64,000 nucleotides of DNA from Scenedesmus sp. PABB004. Lineage: Eukaryota. Of the stretch, positions 22,216-35,308 are shown piece after piece. Both the position numbers and the translations under genes were made by a program. The stretch lies in contig JABVCE010000010.1 in assembly GCA_014905635.1 (NCBI GenBank), forward strand, positions 434,001-498,000. Direction: 5' to 3'. A model generated the notes under the pieces. It was not told the origin of the DNA. It saw only the letters and a program-made list of their open reading frames with translations, and searched no databases. Numbering within the stretch: position 1 is the first letter of the stretch; every line of letters starts with the position of its first letter.

Positions 22216-24574
22216 ATGGCGTACAACGCCGAGACCATGAGCTTCGAGGTCCCCGAGACCGACACCGTGTACGTGAGCGGCCTGCCGCCGGGGTGCACGG
22301 AGCGCGACGTCGAGGAGTACTTTGGCAGCATCGGCATCATCAAGCTCGACAAGAAGACCAAGGCCAAGAAGATCTGGCTCTACCGGTGCGCACCGCACAC
22401 ACGCGCGCGCGCACGGCTGCCGCGGCGGCGGGGCCGCCGCCGCGCGGGCGGGTTCCGCCGCGTGCGTGCGGCGCCCGATCGTCGCCGCCGCCGCGCGCCG
22501 CGTGCAGCGACAAGGCGACCGGCGGGCTCAAGGGCGACGGCACGGTGAGCTACGAGGACGCGTTCTCCGCGGCGTCGGCGGTTGAGTGGTTCAACAACAA
22601 GGACTGGAAGGGTGCGGCGCCGCGGCGCGGCGCGGCGGCGGCGGCGCCGCGGCTCGGCTGGGCGGGGCGGCTCGGCCGGCGGGGCGTGGGTGTGAGCGAG
22701 GGAGACAGCGCTGCAGCGGCCGACCCGGCGCCGCGCCGCGCGGCCCCGCCGCGCAGGGTCCACGCTCAAGGTCACGCTGGCGGAGCGCAAGGGCGGCGGC
22801 GACCGCGGCGGCGGCGGCGGCGGCTACGGCGGTGGCGGCGGTGGCTATGGCGGCGGCGGCTATGGCGGAGGCGGCGGCGGCGGCGGCTACGGCGGTGGCG
22901 GCGGCGGCGGCTACGCCGGCGGCGGCGGCGGCTACGGCGGCGGCGGCGGCGGCGGTGGCCCGCCCCAGGGCGACTGGGACTGCCCGTCGTGCGGCAACAT
23001 GAACTTTGCGCGGCGCAGCCACTGCAACCGGTGCGCGGGGCGGCGGGCGCCGCGCAGGCGCTGCTGCGCGTGCGGCGGCGGGCAGGTCTGCCCCGAGCGC
23101 GGCGGCCGCGCGTGCTCACACGCCGCTGCCGCCGCGCGCGCAGGTGCCAGACGCCGCGCGACGGCGGCGGCCCCGGCGGCGGCGGCGGCCCGGGCGGCGG
23201 CGGCGGCGGCATGGGCGCGCTCGTCACGCCGCCGGGCGGCAAGCCAGGCGACTGGGCGTGCCCGCGCTGCGCCAACCACAACTACGCGTGGCGCGACGCC
23301 TGCCAGAAATGCAACATGAGCAAAGCAGAGGCGGCCGGCGGCGGCGGCGGCGGCGGCGGGCCGCCCGGCGGCGGCTTTGGTGGCCCGCCCGGGGCGGCCC
23401 GCCCGGCGGCTACGGCGGCCCGCCGGGCCCGCCGGGCGGCGGCGGCTACCCGCCCCTGCGCAGGACGGCGGCTACGGCGGTGCGCCTGGCGGCGGGCCGC
23501 CGCCGGGCGCCGGCGGCGGCGACGCGGGCGGCGCGCCGCGGCAGCGCGTCGTCGCGGCGCCGCAGGGCCCGCCCGGCAAGTTTGCGCCGGGCGACTGGGC
23601 GTGCACGAGCTGCGGCAACACCAACTGGCAGCGCCGCAACAGCTGCAACCTCTGCGGCGCGCCCAAGCCCGGCGTCGTTGACACGAAGCGCGAGGGCCAG
23701 GTGCGGCCGCGGGCCCTGGGGCGAGCTTGGCCCTCGGGCGCCGCTGGGCGTGCCACATGCTGCGCGCTGCGTGCTGCGCGCGCTCACGCGCGCGCGCGCG
23801 CCCCGCAGGGCGGCGGCTTCAAGGAGCTGGACGAGGCGGAGCTGGAGGAGAGCCGGCGGCGGCGCCAGCAGTACCGCGCGGGCGACGCGGACAACGAGGA
23901 GTGAGCGGCGCCGCCGGCGCCGCGCGCCCGCGCGGCACACCAGGCGCGCCGCGCACGCGCAGCAGCGCCCCGCGCGCTCTGAGCGCCGCGCGCCGCGCGG
24001 CGCCGCAGGTACGACGAGTGGGGCCGCCCCAAGCGCAGCAAGGAGGAGGACCGGCGCTCGCGCGAGGCGGCGGCGCTGGCGCGCCTCTACGGCAGCGGTG
24101 GCGGCCTCGCGCCGTCAGAGCAGGTGCGCCGCGTTGCGCGCGCCGGCCTGTCGCTTGGCAGGCCGCGTCCGCCCCCGCCGCCGCGCGGCGGGCCCTGCAC
24201 CCCGCTCACCGCGCGCGCCGCGCCCTGGGGCCTCCTCGCAGGAGCTCTTGGGCGCGCCCGGCGGCGAGCCGGAGCGCGGCAGCGGCCGCGACCGCGAGCC
24301 AGACGGCCGCGGCGGCGGCCGCGAGCGCGAGCGCAGCCGCAGCCCGCACGGCCGGGGCGGCGGCGACCGCGGCGGCCGCGGCGGCGACTACGGCCGCGGC
24401 GGCGGTGACTATGGGCGCGGCGGGGGTGACTACGGCCGCGGCGGCGGCGACTACGGCCGCGGCGACGACCGCGACCGCGGCGGTCGGGACTCGGGGCGCG
24501 ACCGCGAGCCGCGCGACTACCGGGGCCGGGACCGCGACCGCGACTACGACCGCCGCGACCGGGGGCGCTACTGA
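22216..24574 (+). CDS. TAF15: FET-family (TAF15/EWS/FUS-like) RNA-binding protein: RRM, 3 RanBP2 zinc fingers, RGG tail
   Basis: TVYVSGLP..FGSIGIIK..IWLY..KGDGTVSYED..AVEWFNNKDW; GDWDCPSCGNMNFARR, GDWACPRCANHNY, GDWACTSCGNTNWQRRNSC. Two apparent -1 indels at ~23392 and ~23455. Confidence 0.85.
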
Positions 24575-24831
24575 CCGGGGGCTGGCGGGACGGGCGGGCT
24601 GGCGGGGCGGGGCGTGATGGGCGGCGGCGGGCGCGGGAGCGGAGCGCTCGAGCGGGCGCCGCGGGGTCTGCTGAGCCGCTGCGGCGTGTGACGCCTCATC
24701 TGGCACTCCCGCTCCCCCGCCTGTCCACGATCCACGACGCCCCGCCGCGCTGTGCAGCAGCTCCCACTCCGCACGCAGCGCCGCTGCCGCCAGCCGCTGC
24801 TGCCGCGCGGCGGGCCGCCGCAGCGCCCTGC

Positions 24832-25755
24832 ATGCTCGCCGCCCGCGCCCGTGCATTGCGAGCAGCTGCGCCTTGCTTCTCGCGTGCCTGCCGCGCGCGT
24901 GTGGCCACACGCGCGATGGCCGAGCCGGCGAGCCCCGGCGTGGTGCGGCGACCGCGCCGCGCCGCCGGGTGCCGCTGCCGCTGCCGCACCGCGCAGCCCA
25001 GGCGCTGGCAGGTCGCCCTGATCACGCAACGCGCTGCGGCGCAGGTCAAGGCGGCGCTGTGCCAGCTGAGCGTGACCGCCGACAAGCAGCAGAACATCGC
25101 GACCGCGCGCGCCGCGATCGAGGCGCGCCGGGGGAGCCTGCGCCGCCGCCGCCACGGCCGCCGCCGCTGTCGCCGCTGTCGCCGCCGTCGCCGCCCGCAC
25201 CGGGCCGCTCGCTCATGCGCCCGCCCGCGCGCGCCCGCTGGGGGCTCCGCCACCCCGCAGGAGGCGGCGGCCGCGGGCGCCAAGCTCGTCGTGCTGCCTG
25301 AGATGTGGAACTGCCCCTACAGCAACGACAGCTTCCCCACCTACGCCGGTGCGCCGCGCCCTGGCCTGCGCCGCGGCGCGCTGCGGGTGGCGGCCGCCGC
25401 GCTGCGGGTGCCAGCGGCGCCGCGCGGCAGCCAGCCAGGGCGCGCCCGCACGCCGCACCGTCGCGTGCGCCCACACCGCGCCGCGGCAGAGGACCTGGAG
25501 GCGGGGCCGAGCCCCTCGGCGGCGATGATGGCCGACGCGGCGCGCGCGTGCGGCGTGACGCTCGTGGGCGGCTCGGTGCCCGAGGCGTCCGGCGGGCGCC
25601 TGTACAACACGTGCTGCGTGTACGGCCCCGGCGGCGAGCTGCTCGCCAAGCACCGGTGCGGCGCGCCCGCGCTGCGCGGCCGGGCGCGGTCACGCGCACG
25701 CACACACCCTGCCGCCCCTGCCTGCGCCCAACCCTGCCCACGCACACAACCACAA

Positions 25756-25837
<82 letters not shown>

Positions 25838-26597
25838 CAAGGTCCACCTCTTTGACATTGACATCCCTGGCAAGATGACGTTCCGCGAGTCCGCCACGCT
25901 CAGCCCCGGCGCCGCGCCGACGGTCGTCGACACGCCCGCGGGGCGGCTCGGCGTCGGCATCTGCTACGACATCCGCTTCCCCGAGCTCGCCATGCTCTGC
26001 GCGGCGCGCGGCGCGCAGGCGCTCGTGTACCCAGGCGCGCGCCGCGGCGCGGCCCGGCCGCGCCGCGCGCCGCGTGCCGCGCGCCGCGGCTCGGCGGCGC
26101 GGCGGCCGCCGCGCGCGCGCCCGGAACGCGCCCGCGCCCGCCGCCGCCCGCCGCATCGTCAGGCGCGTTCAACACCGTGACCGGCCCGCTGCACTGGGAG
26201 CTGCTCGCGCGCGCGCGCGCCGTGGACAACCAGTGCTTTGTGCTGACCTGCAGCCCCGCGCGCAGCCCGGGCGCGTCGTACCAGGCCTGGGGGCACTCGG
26301 CCGCGGTCGGGCCGTTTGCCGAGGTGCTCGCGAGCTGCGGGGCCGAGCCCGCGACCGTGTACGCCGACCTGGACTTTGCCCAGGCGCGCGCGCGCGCGCG
26401 CGCGGCGGGGCGGGGCGGCGGGAGCCTGCGCTGCCGGGCGGCGCGCGTTTGGCGGGACGGCGGCGGCACGGCGCGACGCCGCCCGCCCGGCGCCGCCGCA
26501 GGTCGCGGAGCGGCGCGCCAACCTGCCGCTGCGGCAGCAGAAGCGGCTAGATCTGTACGAGCTGCTGGACAAGGCGCGCCTCCCGGCCAGCGGTTGA
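24832..26597 (+). CDS. NIT2: Omega-amidase (nitrilase family) with N-terminal targeting peptide
   Basis: Catalytic triad contexts [59 protein letters not shown]. Confidence 0.92.
25757..25835. repeat. (CA)~40 microsatellite at the 3' end of a NIT2 intron
   Basis: Directly visible; runs into the acceptor AG at 25836-25837. Confidence 0.95.
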
Positions 26598-27115
26598 GCG
26601 CCGCCGGCGGTGGTTGCGGAGCGGCGCGCGGGCGGTCGGGAGACCCCCGTGCGGCGTTGCGGCGCCCGTCATTCGTGCCCGGGACGCTCCTGCGCGCTGC
26701 CGGCGTCGCGCCGCGCCCTGCGGCCACCGCTCGGGACGCCGGGACGCGAGCTGGCCGAGCGCCCCGCGGGCCTGCGCGGCCCGCCAGCGGGCACGGCCCC
26801 GCCGCCAGCGTGGTAACTCTGCACTTCAAACTTCGCCTTTTGTGAGTGTCGGGGCAAGTTTTGGGGGGCGCGCGAGCGCGTGGCGGGTCCTGCAAATGCG
26901 CGAGACCTAGCCGTCCAAAATTTTCAAGCTGCCGGCGATCGGGGGGTTGGCGGGCCGCCCTCCGACTCCGCCGCAGCCAGCCGAGCGACCCCGCGCGCCG
27001 CGCGGATCGAGGCTCGCCGCCAGCGGGAGAGGAGAGGCCCGTCCCGCCATGCTCTGACGTTGCGCCCTCTAGCGGCGCGGCGCGCACGCGGGCGGGCGCA
27101 GCGGCGCGGGAGGCG

Positions 27116-29268
27116 ATGGACTGCGGCGGTGACGTGCTGATGGGCGGCCAGGGGCTGAGCCCGAGCAAGGGCAGCGCGTGGAGCACCCAAGATGGCTTCG
27201 CCGCGTGCTGCGACGCCCATCCAGAGGCCCAGGCGCTCAAGGTGTGAGGGTCGCGGCACGCGCGGTCAGGGGCGCGCGGCAGCGCGGCCCGCCGGCGCCG
27301 CGCCGCGCCGGGAGGGGGCCCCGAGCGGCAGCTGTCGCGCCCTCCTCCCGCGCACGCGCCCTCCCGGCGCACCGGCGCGCCAGCAGCGGCCCCGGCGCGG
27401 CCCACGGGCGGCAAACGCGCCGCCCCAGCGCCCCGGGGCGCCGCTGCGGGCGCCCGACGCCGCTGACCGGCCGCCCGCGCCATCGGGCATGCGCCGCCCG
27501 CAGTTCCTGCACTGGGGCGCCCCCGGCCCCGCGCCGGCCGGGCAGCACGCCGGCGAGCTGGCGGACTGCGACGCGACGTGCACCAGCCGCAGCAGCGACC
27601 TGGTTGCGCGCAAGGGCGCCGCCGCCAAGGACGCGGCGGCGGCGGCGCTCTCGCACGCCGGGTCGGGCGCGAGCTGCGGCACCGCGTTCGCGCCGCCCGA
27701 CTGGCGCGTCAGCGACCAGGACAGCAAGCCGGCGGCGCAGGCGGAGCAGCAGCAGCTGCAGCAGCGGCAGCAGGAGCAGGCGGGCTGGGCGGCGCGGCTG
27801 CACGCGGACGACCGCGAGCGCGCGGCGGCGGCGCGCACCGCGGCGCAGCAGGAGGAGCTCATGACCATGATCTGGTGCGCCGGCCCCAGGGGCGGCGGCC
27901 CCCGCGGCGCGGCCGGACGGCGGCGTCGAAGCAGGGCAAGAGCTGAGCGCGAGTGCCGACCGCAACCACCAACCGCAACCGCCGACCGCAACCGCCGCCG
28001 CAACCGCCGCCACGCAGGCATGAGCGCGCGCTCGAGGCGGAGCTCGCGCCCGCGCCGGGCTACCTGGACCAGCACCAGCCCGGCGGCGGCGCTGGCGGCG
28101 GCGGCGGCGGCGAGCACATCACGCCGCAGATGCGCTCAATCGTGGTCAGCTGGCTCAGCGAGGTCGCGGCCGAGTTCAACATGCAGCAGGAGACCCTCTT
28201 CCTCGCGGTCGCGCTCATGGACCGCTTCATGGCCGGAACCAAGGCGCGCCGCGCGGACGGCGGCGGGGCTGCTGCGCGGACGGCGGCGGGGCTGCCGCGC
28301 GGACGGCGCCCCCGCACCGCTGGCGGAGCTCGCACCCGCGGCTGCGTGACGCCCGCGTCCGCGCCGCGCCGCCGCCGCGCAGGGCGTGCCGCGCAGCGTG
28401 CTGCAGCTCGTCGCGGTCGCGTGCGTGCTGCTCGCGAGCAAGCAGGACGAGGTGGTGCACCCGAGCGTGGAGGAGCTGACAGACATTGCCGCCAACTGCT
28501 TCCAGGCGCGCGGCCGCGCGGCGCGGGGCCGCACGCCGCCGGCAGCGCGCCGGTGCCGGCGGCAGCCGCCTGGCGGCGGCCGCCGCTCACGCGTCGCCCC
28601 CGCGCCGCGCCGCTGCGCAGGCGCACGACCTGCTGCGCATGGAGCGCGTGCTGCTGGACGGCCTCGCCTGGCGCATCAAGACGCCGACCGCGTACACCTT
28701 CCTGCACCTCTTCACGCAGGCGACCGCGGTGCAGCGCGCGGCGGCGGCCGCTGCTGGGACCGGCGCGGCGCCGGGTGGGGGCCCGCGGAGCCGATGGCGG
28801 GCGGCGTGGTGGCGATGGCTGCCTACCTCACGGAGCTGTCGCTGCTGGACTATGCGAGCCTGCCGCACCGGCCGAGCGAGGTCGCGGCGGCGGCGCTGCT
28901 GCTGGCGCAGAGCTGGTCGCCGCAGGGCGCGGCGGCGGAGGAGATGCGGCTCGTGTCCGGTGAGGCGGCGGCGCCCGCGCCGCGCCAGCGCCGGCGCCGC
29001 GCCGGCGCCGCGCCGCGCCGCGCCGTTCACCTGTGCCCGCCGCCGCCGCCGCCGCCGCCGCCGCGCAGGCTACGCGCCGTCCGAGCTGCGCGAGTGCATG
29101 GCCCGCCTGCTGCACCTGCACGGCGCGGCGGCCGCGTGCGGGTCGTGCGACGCGCTGGCGCCGTTTGCGTTTGTGCGCGAGAAGTACAGCCAGGACTGCT
29201 GGCTGCATGCCGCGCTGGCGCGCGTGCCCGCGGCCCCGGCGCAGCCCCACCACCACCAGCAGCAGTAG
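27116..29268 (+). CDS. Cyclin (A/B-type cyclin box)
   Basis: ITPQMRSIVVSWLSEVAAEFNMQQETLFLAVALMDRFM, LQLVAVACVLLASK, RMERVLLDGL..PTAYTFL, YLTELSLLDY..PSEVAAAAL. Apparent -1 indel at ~28783. Confidence 0.9.
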
Positions 29269-30599
29269 CAGCACGCGCTCGCGCCGGCGCCGCCGCGCGA
29301 CGCGGCGCCCTGGGCGCCCGGCAGCTGAGACAGCGCTGCCGCGGACGCCGGCACTTGGCGGGGGCGCCGTTTCATTGCCCGGGCGCGCCGCCGCGGGGCG
29401 CGCGCCCGCAGGCGGCCGGACCAGGCTGGGGGCGGACGGGGCGGGGCAGGGACGTGCGTGCGGGCGGACCGGCGGGGGCGCGCAGCGTGTCTCACTCTCA
29501 CATGGGCGCTGCACGCGCCAGCTGCAAGAGCTGGCCACCAGCCGCAGGCGAGGGGTGCGTGCGTGTGTGCACGCTGCGTGTGTGTGTGTTTGCGGGGGAC
29601 AGCGTACTCACACTGTGTGTGCGCTCGCGGGGTCGCGCGTGCGCGCGTGTGCTTGCTGCGACCTAGCTCGAGCGTCCAGGGCTGCGCAGCAGCCCCCGCT
29701 GCCATCGCTCGCCCACAACAACAACACCTGGTGCCAACAACAACAGCAACTCCTTTGTCTGCGTTCTTCTCTAGCCACGCTTAACTCCCACGCTAGTCCC
29801 AGCGTGGGACGCCGGTGCGCGCGCCCGCCACTGGATCTGGCGTGGCGCGTTGTGGGCGCTTCGGCACGAGCGCGTGCGCTGCGCTGATCGGAGCCCCGGC
29901 TGGTAGTGTCAGGCGCAGGTCAGGGGCGGCGGGGGCGACGACGAGGCAGAGGGCGGCGCCCAGTGTGGGCGCGCCCAGCGTGGGAAGCTTTTGTTTTTGG
30001 AGGCAGCAGCAGCTGCAGAGGCTAGGCAGTTCAGTCAGGCGACACGCACGGACACCACCTCTGATGCTGCGGGGCGCGGGGCGAGCCGCGGCGGCGCTGA
30101 GGGCGCCCGGCACGATTTCGTTCCGTGCGCGCGACGCATCATGGCGCGCACCCAACGCGCACAAGGGTCGAGCCCTTGCTGTGCCGCTGCCAGCAGCGAC
30201 GTGCGTGCACCCCCCACACACACTCACACGCACACACACACTCACTCGCTCACGCGCGCGGCCGCGGCTGGCGGCGCGGCTCGACCGCCCCTGGCGCGCG
30301 GCCGGGCGGCGTGCGTGCTCCCAGGTACAGAGCTGTGCAGCGTCTGTGCAGACACCCCGCCACGCGCGCGGCGCATTCCTTGTGGGCGCGAGGCGCGCGC
30401 CGTGCATGCGCATCCTGTGCTCCCCGCGGGCGCGTTGGTCAAACTGCGGGGCGAACCCTCTCCTGAGCTTGTGGCCGTCGGTTGGGGGGCGCGAGCTGGG
30501 CCGCGAGCTGTGCTGAGGGCTGGGCTGCGGCTCGAGCGGCCGGGCGGCGGCGCGGCGCGGCGCGGCGGCGGGGGGCGGGGGACGGGGGTGCCTCGTGTT

Positions 30600-31184
30600 G
30601 ATGCTGTTGCCGCCAGTGCCGCGCCTCGCTGTAACGTGGAGCCGGAGCAGCCTGGGGCGCGCGCTCGCGCTCCGCGCGGGGCCGCCGGCGTCCGCCGCGG
30701 CGGCGGGCGCCACGTGCAGCGCATACACGGCCGCCGCCGCGCCGCCCGGCGGTAGGCCCAGCGCAAAGTGGTTGACCAGCAGGTTGACCTCACGCCCCGC
30801 ACACCAGGGCGCGGGCCGCGGCGCCACCTGCATGCCCACCTGCGGCGGCCGCGTGAGCGGCGGCGCGGGTCGGCCGCGGCCAGGCGGCGCGCGGGGGCGC
30901 TCCCCTGGCGGCCGCCGGAGCAGCGGCCGCCGCCCCGGCGCCCGCGCCGCGCGCGCGCCGCCACGTTTGCGCCCGCGCGCCCGCACCGCCTTGTGCTGCG
31001 CCGCGTCCCACGTGCGGGGCCCGCCGAGCGTGAGCAGGCGCAGCACGTTGATCATCGCCAGCACACCGTCGGCGTAGCGCACCTCGCGGTGGTCCGGCCC
31101 CGCGCCGCGCCCCCCGGCCGCCGACGCGCCGGCGCCCCCGCCCGCGCCGCCGGCGAGCGCGGCGCCGAGCGCGCCGCCGGCCAT
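30600..31184 (-). pseudogene. Possible Argonaute N-terminal fragment (no PAZ/PIWI in window)
   Basis: Exon reading VAPRPAPWCAGREVNLLVNHFALGL..VYALHV resembles the AGO N-terminal RP-G-GR-I-L-ANHF..Y-Y-V motif; the sequence then becomes non-coding-like. Confidence 0.4.
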
Positions 31185-31439
31185 GCCCGCCAGGCCGCCG
31201 CTGCTGCTGCGCAGGGGCAGGCTGCCCAGGGCTGCGGCGGCGGCGTGCGGGCGGGCGGGCGGCGTCTGCCGGCCACACGCGGCCGCCTCAAAGCCGCCGC
31301 CGCCGCGCCGCAGCCCTCCAGTCGTCCCTCCGGTCGCGCTAGGGTCGCCCACGCGGCGCTCAGCCCTCGAACTGCCCGCCCAGGGCCGCGGCCGCCGCTG
31401 ACGTCGCCCGGCGCCGGCGCGCCCTCTCGCAGCGCCGCC

Positions 31440-33275
31440 ATGCTCGCCCGCGCGCCACCCACGGCACGTCTCTGCCCGTCCCGGCCGCCCGCGCTGCGGC
31501 TGGCGCCGCGGTGCGCGGCCGCGAGCCGTGCGCCGCCGGAGCGCGCCGCGGACGCGCTGCTCAGCGCGCCGCTCGATCCGGCTGCCGCGGACGCGCTGCT
31601 GCGGGGCGCGGGCGGCTACGCGGAGCCGGACGAGATGTCGATCTGGGAGAGCCTCGACGGCGGCCACGCGCGCTACAGCTCCCACAGCCGCGCGCTCGCG
31701 GGCACGTACCGAGCCGCCGACGAGCGACGCGCCCGGCCTCGCCCCCGCGGCGGTCATCCTCGCGTGCTGGTGAGGATGTGGGGGGTGCTCGCTCGCCGGC
31801 CCGCGCGCCCCGGCGCCTGCGAGCACAGCGCGGCCGCCGCCTGCGCGCGGCGCGCAGGTGCGCGCTGTTCCGGCACGGCGTGTTCGAGTTTGACCTCGGC
31901 GCGCCGCTGACGGCCGGCGACGCGCTCGACGGCCTCGCCACGTTTGCGTCGCTCGAGGTGCGCCGGTCGTGAACGCCGCGCCGCGCCGCGCGGGCGGGGG
32001 CGGGGCCCGACGCAGCCCCCCGCCACGCCGCCGGCGCCGCGCCCTGCCCCGCCGCGGCCGCAGTTCCTCTCCACGGCGCTCTTCATCACCACGCGTGAGC
32101 CGCGCGCGGCTTGGGGCGCCGCGCCGTTGCCGCCGCGCCACGCGCCGCGCGCGCCACGCCGCGCCGCGCGGGCGAGCCGCCGCCGCCGCGCCGCCGCGCG
32201 GTCCGCTGCGCCGCGCGCAGACGACTCCATGCACGGCGCCATCGCTCCCAACAACCGGTGCGCCCGCCACCGCGCCGCCGGGGCTCGGCCGCCGCCACGC
32301 CGCTCGCCGCGCCGCACGCCGCTCACCGCCGCGCCCTGCCGCGCCGCGCCTGCGACGCCGCCGCGCGTGGCACACAGTTTCCTGAACGACGTGATCGGCG
32401 CGCTCTGCGTGAGCCTCTACGCCTGGTTTGACTTCGAGTGAGCACGGCCCGCGCGCCGCGCGCCGCCCGCCCGCGCGCCCAGGCGCCGCGCGCCGCGCGC
32501 CGCGGACGCGGGCGCGCGCGTCGCGCCCGCCGCCGGCGCGCCGACGCCGGCCGCCGCCGGCCGCGGCGCGCCGCAGCCTGATGTGGGACAAGCATTGGGC
32601 CCACCACAACGCAACTGGGAGGCCTGGGGTCGACCCGGACTGCCCTGGTTTGCGAGCTTCATGCGCGGCTACGTCTCGCCGCTGCAGCTCCTCAAGCTTC
32701 AGGCGACCGTGGGGCTGCTCGTGTGGCGCGGCGCGGCGCTGCCCAACCTGCTGCTCTTCTGGGCCGCCACGGGGCTGCTCTCGGCGGGCCGGCTCTTCTA
32801 TTTCGGCACCTACCTGCCCCACCGCCCCCGCAAGGCGCGACGCGCCCGCTCTGCGACGCGCCTGCCCGCCGCCCTGTGCGCTGCCGCCGCCGGGCCACCG
32901 CGCCGCGCCGCCGCGAGCGCCCTCGGGGGCAGGGAGCTCCCTGCCACCCCCTGCCTGCCTCACTCGCCCCGCCCCGCGCTCACACTCGCGCGCGCGCGCA
33001 GGGCGCGAGCGAGGAGATGGCCTGGGTCAAGGCCCGCTCCGCGCGCGCGCCGCTCCCGCTGAGCTTCCTCCGCTGCCTGTTCTTTGAGCTCCACTGGGAG
33101 CACCACAGGCGCGTGCGCCGCGGCGGCCAAGGCCGCGCGCGCGCGGCGCGGTGTCGCGCCCCGCGACCCGTCGCCGCCGCCGCCGCCGCCCCGCAGGTGG
33201 CCGCAGTGCCCCTGGTGGGACCTGCCCCGCGCGCGCGCCGCGCGTCGCGCCGCGATCGGCAGCCTGGACGACTGA
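31440..33275 (+). pseudogene. BKT: Beta-carotene ketolase (CrtW/BKT type), disrupted by two frameshifts
   Basis: His boxes FITTH|DSMHG, KHWAHH, FYFGTYLPHR, LHWEHHR|WP.CPWWDLP. Extra C at 31710 and a deletion at 32640/32641. Confidence 0.8.
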
Positions 33276-33907
33276 GGTGTGCGACGCGCGCCGCGATGCG
33301 CTGCGTGCTGTGTCCCCTTCCCCATGGGGAATACAGTGCTGGCCAGCACTGTATGTGCTCGCTGCCCCGCGCTGCCTGCGCGCAGCAGCGGCGGCGCCCA
33401 ATCCGTTCCGCGTGACTGCCAGCCGTTGACTTGACTTGCTGCCAGAACTTGCCTTGCTGCCGAACCCCCCTGCTGCGTTGCTGCCGCGCGTGTCCGTGAG
33501 CGGGTTGAGGGTAACCTGCCCGTGCCGCGAAGCCTGCACTCTGCTGCCAGGGGCGTGGGCGGTGGGGGCGCTCGCGCTCGCGGACGGCCGGCCGCGGCGC
33601 CGCGGCCGGCAGGGTTGCCAGGCCCGACGGCAACGCGCCTGCTGCCACCTGCGGCAGTCAATCACCCGAGCGCGTTCAACGTTGCTGGGCCGAGGCAGAG
33701 GCAGCAGGCGGCATGCAGACTGCGGTCCCCACACACAAGGCCCCACGCGTGACATGCGGCCAGCGCGGCGCGGTCGCCACCGCGCACGGCAGGCCGCGCC
33801 GCAGCCGGCGGCCAAGGCGCGCGCCGCCGCTCGGCGACGCGCGCACTGCTGCAGAGCGCCGCACGCGCGCGCCGGTCCCCGCCAGCGCCTCACTCAGCGC
33901 GCCTCAC

Positions 33908-34704
33908 TCACTGCAGCGCCCCGAGGCCCGAGCCGACGCCGGCCTCCCCGGGCTTGGTGTACTGCTGCGGGCGCATGCGGTTGTCAAACAGCACGCCGAT
34001 GTTGGGGCCGTCGCGGTCAACCTTGACCTGCCGCCACGCCAGGTCGGTCGGTGCGCGCGCGCGGCGGCGGCGGCGCGCGGATGTGAGAGCGCGGCGCGCC
34101 GCCGTGGCGCGCCCCTGTCGGCCAGGCCTGGTGCTGCGCGGGGGCCGGCCGCGGCGCCGCGTCGCCGCGGCGCGTCGCCGCCGCGCCTGCGCCAGGTGCC
34201 AGAAGACCGAGTGCTTGCCGCGGGCCGCGTCCTCCCAGCCGCCGCGGCCGGTCTCGACCTGCTTCTCGATGTCGCCGCGCATGTTGATGTCCCAGCTGCA
34301 CGCGCGGGCGGGCGGGCGGGCGGGCAGGCGGGCGGCGATCGCGCGGCGCGGGCCCGGCCGGCGCGGGCCGCGCGCGGGCCAGCGCCGCCGCTCACTAGGC
34401 GCCCGCCGTGTTGTTCAGCAGCACGCGCTTGGCCGCGTACGCGCCGCCGCCAACGGCGAGGACGACCCACGCATAGAGCAGCCCGACCTGCGCGCGCGGC
34501 GGGCGGCGGGCGGCGGCGGTGCGCGGCAGCGGCGCTCGGCGGCGGCGAGCGCGTGCGGCGGCGGCGCCTGGCGGGTGGCGAGCACGTGCGGCGGCGGTGG
34601 GGCGGCGCACGGACCTCGGGGGCGTCCCGCGTGCGCGCCCACAGCTTCGCCAGGCGCCCCGCGCGCTGCGCCGTGGTCAGGCCGACGCCACCGGGTGCTG
34701 CCAT
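33908..34704 (-). CDS. Small single-TM protein, weakly NDUFA4/B12D-like
   Basis: Spliced MAAPGG..RDAPE|VGLLYAWVVLAVGGGAYAAKRVLLNN..WDINMRGDIEKQ..|WRQVKVDRDGPNIGVLFDNRMRPQQY. The family call is weak. Confidence 0.55.
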
Positions 34705-35308
34705 CGCGACTGTGCGTGTGCGGAGGGTGGGGAGGGCGTGTGTGTGTGCGCGGTGTGTGCGCGGCCCGCGGCGGTGCCGCGCCGCTCGCGTGACGTCGGC
34801 ACCGCGGTTTTTCCCGAGACGCGCGGTCTTGCGTGCGCTGTCCGCTTGCGCTCTGAGCTCACGCCCTGACCGCGCCCGCGCTCGCCCTGCCTCGCCGTCG
34901 ACCGCCGCTGCCGGCCGCCGCTGCCCGCCGCCGCCGCTCGTCCGGCCGCCGCTGCAGCCGCGGGCCGCCCGCCCTCCACCCACCGGTCGACCCACGCCGT
35001 TCAGCGCGCCGGGCGCAGGGCAGCGGCACCAGCAGGTCGGCGGGCCCGGCGGCGCCGCTGCCGCTCGCTGCTGCTGTCGCCCAGCGGCGGCTGCGCGGCC
35101 CGCGGCGGTCCGCGACCGCTGGCGCTGCTGAAGGCAGACGGACCAGGCGCAGACGGCCGCCGCAGCAGCACAGCGCCTGAGAGCCGCCAGCGCGCGGGCC
35201 GGCGGCGCCGCTGCCGCGCACTGCACAGCAACTCGCACCGCGCCTGCTGCGCGCAGGCCGTCCCCCCATGCGCACCTGACCCCTCCCCGCCCCAGCGGCG
35301 CCGCCGGC

